NCBI GenBank assembly: GCA_040357565.1
Contig: JBDODJ010000095.1
Reading direction: 5' to 3' (one strand)
DNA from: Cercozoa sp. M6MM
Lineage: Eukaryota > Protista > Endomyxa: Ascetosporea
Length of the DNA: 42,198 nucleotides
A program made the translations under genes and the position numbers. The notes below the pieces were generated by a model. The model searched no databases. It saw only the letters and a program-made list of their open reading frames with translations, and had not been told where the DNA came from. Shown here in pieces: positions 34,094 through 42,198 of the stretch (position 1 is the stretch's first letter; each line of letters begins with the position of its first letter).

Positions 34094-34666
34094 AGTCCCC
34101 CGGGCGTGGTGAATTCGATTCAATGCTGTGCCAAACCATACCGGACATGTGCTTGAACTCGACCTTCATGAACTCAACGCGCGCGGCATGGTACGGTCCG
34201 ACGACATTTAATTCAGTTCGTTGAAGCATTCAAGCTTCGTTGGTTAATAACTTAACCCACGAACGTTTTCAGTTCGTTTTGTAAATAAACCATACTGTAC
34301 GTGAAGTACTAGTACTGTATCCATCCGATCGCATCCAATTCACTCAACACAGCCTCGCCTCGCAGTTTACACTACATGCGATGGTTTAATAGATGTTTGT
34401 TTCAAGTCGAGTTCTGTAGTGCGGAATATCGTATCGTATCGGCCGTCCCTCTGCCTGAAGTTGAGTTCGATTTTGAATTCGTGCACGCCATGACAGTTAG
34501 ATTTGTCAAGATTCACGGTCTTCGACGATCCCGAGTCCGCAGTAGCGTCTCTTCTTCTACTACCTGGACTAAGAGACCGGGCGGGTTCAAGTTGATGCGC
34601 ACTTTTCAGTCGCAATACCACCATGCAGTATCTATAACAGGAAAGCCATAGGCACCATTGCCTTGC

Positions 34667-35026
<360 letters not shown>

Positions 35027-35087
35027 AACAGATACAGACACACAGACACATAGAAACGACACTACGGAAAAAACAACAACAACTCAC

Positions 35088-35432
35088 CACATCTCGGTCG
35101 CGCTCGGTACGATCTCGCACAGTTTTTAGATGTGTCTGCTCCTTGATCGCGCGTGTAGGAGCACGGAATGGATTGGATGAACTGGACGCGTCAAGGTAGT
35201 TGGGGTCATCCTCAGGGAGCAGGAATCGGCACTTGGTCAAATTGTCAAGACGATGTGCCTGATGGCGCGGCAGCGGTATCCTGACATCTGCGCATTAATG
35301 AAAGAAACCAACATGCGCCCGAAGTTTTTGCCCAAGTGTCAGAGTACCTTGTTCTCGTGCAGCCACAGTCTTTTCGGCATCAAAGAGGGGGGATGTGATA
35401 TCAAGTTCCACATCAAACTCCTTGCCCGACAT
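35088..35432 (-). CDS. LSM11: LSM11-like (U7 snRNP Sm-like protein) N-terminal exons 35432-35348 and 35287-35088; remainder lost in or beyond the gap
   Basis: Spliced MSGKEFDVELDITSPLFDAEKTV...VRIPLPRHQAHRLDNLTKCRFLLP resembles the Lsm11 N-terminal signature LD.xS..FD....P.P.P.A...(D/N)N. The Sm fold itself is not visible. Confidence 0.6.
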
Positions 35433-35707
35433 CCCTCGGCACCAAAACCCTAATAGGTGTGCAAACACGTGCTGACACTAATGGCACTGTTTTAGATCAC
35501 AGGCGCTGAAGATTTGTAACTACACTTGTCGTATAGCGTGGATGATTAATTAATAACTTTTAAAATTTTTTTAATAGCCTGCGTGCGGGTCAGGTTCCCG
35601 GTCAGCTGTCCAAGCTCAGTTAGTTGCCTATTGCTCCTTCAGCCAGCTGCTAACATATTGTGGTGACAATTGATCGCAGCCATGGGACAATCGAATCTAC
35701 AATTGTA

Positions 35708-35864
35708 TGTGCACCAACCATGAAGTCGACTTCTGCGTCTGCGGCGTCTGGGGAACGTCAAAAGGGGAGTTGTATGGTCCTACCCTAAGAAGGCGGTAGA
35801 CACGGCCATGCTCTTGTGACCCACTCCAGACTGGTGCAGGGGAACTACATAGTTGGTTTCCTAG
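35708..35864. repeat. Dispersed ~150-bp repeat family, copy D
   Basis: accaaccatgaagt...gggaacgtcaaaaggggagttgtatgg..ccctaag..ggcggtagac..catgctcttgtgacccactccagactggt..ggaactacatagttggtttcctag. Confidence 0.88.
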
Positions 35865-36154
35865 AAGACTCAACTAACTGACTACCGTACAATTGTATGG
35901 TAAACGAAAAAAAAAAACAACACGGCAAACGTGCGACCCGAGCCAACACCTGCGGCGTCCAAAAATGCCGAGCCGGTCTACAGCTGTTGTGCAGCTCACC
36001 GTCTTCTCTTCAGATCCGATAACGCGAGCGTAGCAACGAAAACGAAGCGCGACAGGCATTCGCGGGTCATTGCTGGGCACGCGATGCCTCAACCAGTGGG
36101 CGTCAACCGCCGGCAACACCACATCGAAAGAGAGATCAACCGACAGAACAATGC

Positions 36155-36505
36155 TTAACTGCGCAACATGAGGGCACCCACGAATGCAACGCAAAACGAC
36201 AGCATCGCGCAAAAGCTACAATACAGCCAAAATACACAGTAAAAATACCAACACAGTGGCAGGGAGAAGGAACATGGCAAGCGGCAGTCGAAGCGCCCAT
36301 TCCACTGGCGGAAAGAAGGTTTGCACAAAGTGATCGTCGTCCACAAACGGCTGCACACGAACAAACCCTGAACATAAGAAAAAGGAACGCATGCGATGGT
36401 GTTCCAATGAATTACCAAGATCAGCACCCAAAACGTGTAGTATGCCATGCCAAGCAGAGTAATTGAAAGGAGTAGTGCTCCTAGTTGACGGTCCTTGTTC
36501 AGCAT
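36155..36505 (-). CDS. DPM2: Dolichol-phosphate mannosyltransferase subunit 2, 2 introns
   Basis: MLNKDRQLGALLLSITLLGMAYYTFWVLIL-PFVDDDHFVQTFFPPVEWALRLPLA-IFCAMLSFCVAFVGALMLRS*; YYTxW..LPF.D..H..FF P signature and two TM helices. Confidence 0.9.
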   Translation of the reverse strand: MLNKDRQLGALLLSITLLGMAYYTFWVLILVIHWNTIACVPFSYVQGLFVCSRLWTTITLCKPSFRQWNGRFDCRLPCSFSLPLCWYFYCVFWLYCSFCAMLSFCVAFVGALMLRS

Positions 36506-36672
36506 TGGCACAAACAGGCGGGAGAAAGCACAACGAAAAGGCCCAGCGAACAATAGTTATGTTATTTTTATTTTTATTTCTATTCCTTAGACAAGGACAA
36601 GCTCCGTCGGTCCGGCGGTGTATGTCTGATAAATTAGACCAGTGTGCAGTGCCCAGAACGTGTGTACTATTT

Positions 36673-37259
36673 ATGGAATCACTCGTAGCGCGTTTAGTAC
36701 CGGCGAGGCACTGTTTTGTTTCGCTGCCTGCGTCGATGGCGCGCGCTGTTGGCAGCGCTGACAGCAACTCCGGCAGCATCGTGTTTCGTCTGTCGTGGCG
36801 GGTGGTATTTTATACGCATAAGCGTTTGAGTGTGCACAGACATTGTCCTGTCTCATAATGCAGGACAACGGGGAGACACAGTCGGTCTTCGTGGGCAGTC
36901 GTGGCGGCACGTGCGCCGATGGCGAGATCCACATCCCGACCGGTCTGGTACGACGCGCCTGTGGCCTGCATGTATGTGCACTTTCTGAGTGTGTATTGGA
37001 CAGGCCCAGTGTCTGGGTGTGCGTGAAGGCATTCGCGTGCGAGTGACGCGCATCAGTGATCACATTGCGAATCACATGTGCCGTGCCAAGTCGCTGGTAC
37101 CACATGTCTTTGTGTCAGTGAATGTATGCTCTCGTGTATGTGCCTCCGTACCCTGCAGGAACTGGAACCAAAGGATGCCGACGACTTTGAGATAGTCTCC
37201 ATCAACGCAGGCTCGGTGGAGCACGAGTTACTCGGCCAAATCGACGTCTTCAATCTTGC

Positions 37260-37317
<58 letters not shown>

Positions 37318-40300
37318 CACACAAATTTAATGCATATGTGCGTGTAGCACAACACAACCGAGTTCCCACTCTGGGTCAACGGTGCTCGCGTTTTTCTGAT
37401 TGCTCGTGCGCCTGCCAATCACAGTGGTATGTATGAAAGGAGGGTGAGTGGAGGTAAAACTGTACGCAAATGAGGGCGATACAATAGGCATGCGTTTTGT
37501 CAAGCTGTGTCTCGGAGACGAAGTCGCCGTGGTGCCCAAGGTTCGACCGTCGTCGGCTCAGGACAAGGCACCGTCACCACCTGTTGCTACAGGTACCACT
37601 CGTGCCACAGCTTCAGAGAAAACGCTTGCTGCAAGTCCGAGGACGAAAACCGATCGATCGCCAGACGAAGGAACGTGTTTGCGCGTATCAACGGTGCCAC
37701 ATGAGCTGCGCGACTGTGTGCACACAGCGCACGTGTTGGTGGCACCGTCTTCTAAACTGGCAGACGGTGCTCAGGTGACGGTGCACGTTTGCTCACTAAA
37801 CAGTGATCCCACCGGTGATGTCAACAGTGACACCGATGATGCGAGCACTAACTACGACGGTGCCTTGCGTTTCTCGGCACGTGCGCATGTGTGCGAGACA
37901 GTGTATGACGGTCACGTTGCTGTGGGCACACTAACGCGTCGAGCACTCGGTTTGCGCGTCGGTGCGCCAGTGACACTCCATGTGCTCAATCACTCTGACA
38001 ACTTGGGTGACTCGAGTGACCACGCAGTGGGTGACCACACGCACGTGCTGGAGGTGGCACTGATCCCTCTTACCGTAAGTGACAGTGTCAATGACAGCAC
38101 CGAACACGAGGCCTTTGACAAGTCGCACTTCCTTTTTGACCTTTCTGAAAGCAGCGATGAGAACGAGCGCGACGGTGCCGCAACGAACGACTTAATGCAG
38201 AAACTACGCGCCGACGTGGCGGAACTCGGTGCTGACTTTGTTTGTCGCGACGGCGACTTTCTCGGTGAGGCTCGTCTGCGACTTGTTCTGTCGGTACACC
38301 TGCCATACTTTTCTTACCCAGATGTACAGACGCACTGTGTGTATGTGTGTGTATGTGTGTGTGTGCATGCAGGAGAATAGGACACAAGTATCCCTGGGCG
38401 AAGTACTTCGAGCACTCAACCAAGACACCTGCACGGGCACTCTGCTTGCGGCAAAGCACGTGCATGCCCAGGCGCATGACGACACCGTTGAACCGCACAT
38501 TGAACTTCCGGTATGTATGGCCAAGGGGGGGGGGTGGTATAGAATGCATGTATCTACAGGAGGACACACTACCGTACGCGTTGAAACTAGCTAGAACTTT
38601 GGTGTCGCCCGAGTTCAGTGCGCTGGTTGCACAGGTACGTTCATGTATATGTGCCGGCTCTGCTGTGTACTGAGTACATGTGCGGTCTGAGCGCAGAAAG
38701 AGCTCTGCCGCACAGGTGTTGTGTTTTGCGGTGACTGCGGCAAGTCGCACCTGGCCTCTCAACTGCGACACTTTCTGTAACCTCTCCTTCCCTTCCTATT
38801 TAGTCGCCCTGTATCCTTCTACCTACAGACACGAAGAAGCACAACCAGTGTACACTGAGATTGTGCAATGCCGTGACTACGGCGCCCTGTCCATTGCGGT
38901 ACCCTATGTCCACTCGTAATCCGCAGTTCCTCCTACTGTTGCTCCCAGGCGGCAGTGGAGCGACTGCGGCGTCAACTGCGACGTGCACAGCAGTGTGCAC
39001 CGTCACTGGTCTTCCTTGATGATGTCGACACCTTATCTGTATTTTACCTCTCTTCTCGCCTGTGGGTGTTATGTCTACCTCTGTACGTGACAGAGAGACG
39101 CGGTGGTGCAGTGGCTGCGCGACCAAGCAAACACACTCGCGAGCAGTCGCGGTGCTCCCGTTGCTTTCTTGGCCAGTGCGCGCAGTTTCCATGCCGTGCA
39201 CGCTGCCTTGCGCTCCTTTTCTGTGGTACCTGGTGACGCTAGGATAGAGTGAAAGAAGGCCAAATACTTTTTCTCGGACAGTTATGCCGAAAGCGCGAGT
39301 TGCCTAGTCCAAGAGCGTCACATCGACGACTTGCGCTTTCTGTGTTCTCGTGTGTACCTTCACTTCAATATTTAATGGTTTGTGTCTGCTACCTCTCTCT
39401 TTCTCTATCGACAGAAAACCAACGTGTCTGAGGCCTTACTTGATAGGGTATGAATTCTTGCTCGTGCATGTGTTGAGACAAGTGAATAAACTGGTGCATG
39501 TAGGTGCAAGTCGAGCTTGGTGCTGAGATGCGTCATTTCACATTGTCACAACTGAGGAAATTGGTGGCACGTGCACTGCACTATGCTAATGTTCGCACCG
39601 CCGGTGACTCGAACGCCCCCAGTGATTTCACTTGTGACATGTGCGATTTTGTCCGTGCGCTGGAGAGTATGCACACGACTACTGAACAAATCGATCAATG
39701 CATTGAGTGGTACCGTTAACATCCTTATCCAGTGTGCCCCTTATTTACCCCTCTCCCTGGCGTTTGCAGGCAATACCTCGGCGGTTTAACGCAGGCCAAG
39801 TGCGCCGTGTCGCACATGCTCGATGCACCGCTGCGCTTCCGTGAGTTGTGGCGCCGCGCTCCACTGCCTCCCCAGAGAGGTACATTTGTTTCCTTTCTGT
39901 ACACCCCCCACCCGTTACCGCCCTGTGTGTCAGGTTTACTGCTGTTCGGGGCACCAGGCAGCGGTAAGACAGCACTTGCGTGTGCTGCCGCGCGACGCTT
40001 CCACCTCAACGCTATCCTCGTGAAGGGTCCCGAGCTACTCGACAAGGTGACCCTGCAGTGCTTTTTTTTTGTATCTGTCAATGCGTGTGTTTGTGTATAA
40101 GTCTGTATGTAGTACATTGGCGCCAGCGAAGAAAACGTGCGCCGTGTGTTCGAACAGGCACGATCGCAGGCGCCAGCACTTGTCATCTTGGGTAAACCAG
40201 GGTACACCAATGCATGCTTGCACATGTATGTGTGTTTGCACAGATGAGATCGACGCATTGGCCCCACCACGTGGTGCTTCGACCACTGGGGTCACTGATC

Positions 40301-41108
40301 GCGTGGTTAATCAGCTTCTGACTCTGCTTGACGGTGTCGAAGCACGTGGTGACGTCTTTGTCATTGGTTGCACCTCTCGGTACCTGTGTTTCTTGGTTTT
40401 TTAATGATTTGCTGACATCAGTAAGTGCGTATAGTCCGGACCGTGTTGACCCGGCCTTGTTGAGGTAGTTTCTTATCTTGTACTGGGTACTGGGCGTGAA
40501 TACACTCGGAGTAGACCCGGCCGGCTCGATCAAATCGCTGAGTGTCAACTTGGTACGATGCGTGTGCCCTCCCAGTGCTTCCCTGTACCCTAATGCGTCG
40601 ACAGACTCGCTAGAAGAAGCAGTTGCCGTGCTGGAGTGCACTATGCGAAGACTAGGTTCGCTTGCTGACGATATCGACTTGACGCAGATCGCGCGATCAT
40701 TACCGCAGCACTCGGCGGTACTCTTATGTTTTCTTCCCAGTCAACACACATGTTTGTATCCTGCACTAACATGACAGGCCGACCTGGCGGCCGTGCTGTC
40801 CGAAGCACAATTGCTCGCCGTGCAAGAAGCCACGGAGCCTGCCGAAGTGTCCCCAAAGAAGCTACAACCGCAATCGCAGCAAGTACAGATCGCAAGGTCA
40901 CATATCGAAAGTGTTTTGTCAACGTCACACCCGTCGTTGCGAGAGGTATTGCCTGTTATTATCGAGTCTAAAGTTTTAAATGACGCGTGCACAGTCGGAA
41001 AAGATGCGTTTTGAGCGCATCTACTCGCAGTTCCGGCGCTCTCGTGACGGCGACGTACGTGCCGACGATTCGGACCTCGAATTTGGCACCAAACTTGTGC
41101 AAGTTTGA
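36673..41108 (+). CDS. PEX1: Peroxisome biogenesis AAA+ ATPase PEX1, multi-intron
   Basis: N-domain HCFVSLP and [28 protein letters not shown]; degenerate D1 ([11 protein letters not shown]); D2 [73 protein letters not shown]; stop TGA 41106-41108. Confidence 0.92.
37263..37323. repeat. (CA)n microsatellite filling a PEX1 intron
   Basis: Seen directly after donor gtac at 37261. Confidence 0.9.
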
Positions 41109-41848
41109 TCTGAACCGGGAAACCGGTGAATGCACTGGCGCCAAACTAACACATTTCACGAGAAGTACTGACTTTAACTTCCTTTGGCGGGGGGACTAGT
41201 TCAAACTCGTTGCTACTGTACATACGTCGATACAAACAGCAAAAAAGATACCACAGTATAAGTCGTTCTGTTCTTCAGGCTTCGCACAACAGGATACACG
41301 CGTTGATGACGATCCGCCATTTGCACACAAAGCAGTTTCAACTGCCGATAGTGCTACAGCGATAATCTCAACGTACACAAGTCTGCTCTGGAGCGATCAT
41401 CGAGCGATCACTTTTGTCCAAGTGACCTGCTGACTTTGGTGACATCGCCTCTATATCTGCGTGTTGGCTTCTCTACTGGGTGCGAGTTGCAGCTGCAGCC
41501 CCTCCAGACTCTGTCTACGGACTCTTCCCAGCGACATCCTGCTCTGGTTTGTCCTGTCCCAGGAACTTTTCCCTGACCAAACAGGCTCTACTGTAACTGT
41601 TGTGCCTACCGTGGTGCGCGCGTTTGATCCGCTTCAGAGGCAGACTCTCGCCGCGCAGGTTAACACTTCTGTATACTGTTTTGTGTTGGGCGTTTTTCTG
41701 CCACGTGCGACTTCCCATCTTGTGGACGAGTTTCTGCCTGCGTTTTGCCTTGAGGAACGCATTTCCGTGCGCAGAACCCGCGTGTAAACGAAACAAAGAC
41801 GGAAAAGGAGGAAGAAGAGACTACGCCCGCGTTGAGATAGACTGAGAG

Positions 41849-42013
41849 ATGGGTTGCTGCGGCAGCACGACGGTGCAGCCGATCAACCCGCACCATGTCG
41901 ACCTGTCACACTTTGACATGCTCAAAGTGGTCGGTCGCGGTGGTTTCGGCAAGGTAAACGCCGTGCGACACCGACGCACACAGCAGCTCATGGCGATCAA
42001 GCGTATCGACAAG
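41849..42013 (+). CDS. First coding exon of an AGC-group (YANK/STK32-like) Ser/Thr kinase with N-terminal acylation motif; runs off the window
   Basis: MGCCGSTT...VDLSHFDMLKVVGRGGFGKVNAV...LMAIKRIDK: Gly-rich loop, AxK lysine, MGCC myristoylation/palmitoylation motif; donor gtatct at 42014. Confidence 0.85.
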
Positions 42014-42048
42014 GTATCTGTGCTTGTGTGCCAGTCCCGAGCCCCTCG

Positions 42049-42198
<150 letters not shown>

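Overview
Gene-dense eukaryotic (protist-like) nuclear DNA in the standard genetic code, with very many short (~50-70 nt) GT-AG introns, so the supplied ORF track is mostly fragments. By manual splicing I recover 13 genes: an I9 peptidase inhibitor, a CANT1-type apyrase, mitochondrial acyl carrier protein, RPL9, exosome RRP42, an unknown Q-rich protein, acetyl-CoA carboxylase (about 87 introns), a soluble (ADCY10-like) adenylyl cyclase with a P-loop region, an RPEL-repeat protein, an LSM11-like protein broken by an assembly gap, DPM2, PEX1 and the first exon of an AGC/YANK-like kinase. Unexplained non-coding structure sits downstream of genes: (i) a ~150-bp dispersed element in 4 copies, with subterminal inverted repeats and a hairpin, always in the same orientation relative to the gene it follows; (ii) two MULE-type MITEs, one filled with G-rich telomere-like repeats and inserted into a third repeat whose empty site is also in the window. 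Splice donors are unusually GTAC-rich. All alignments and counts were done by eye; no database searches were run.
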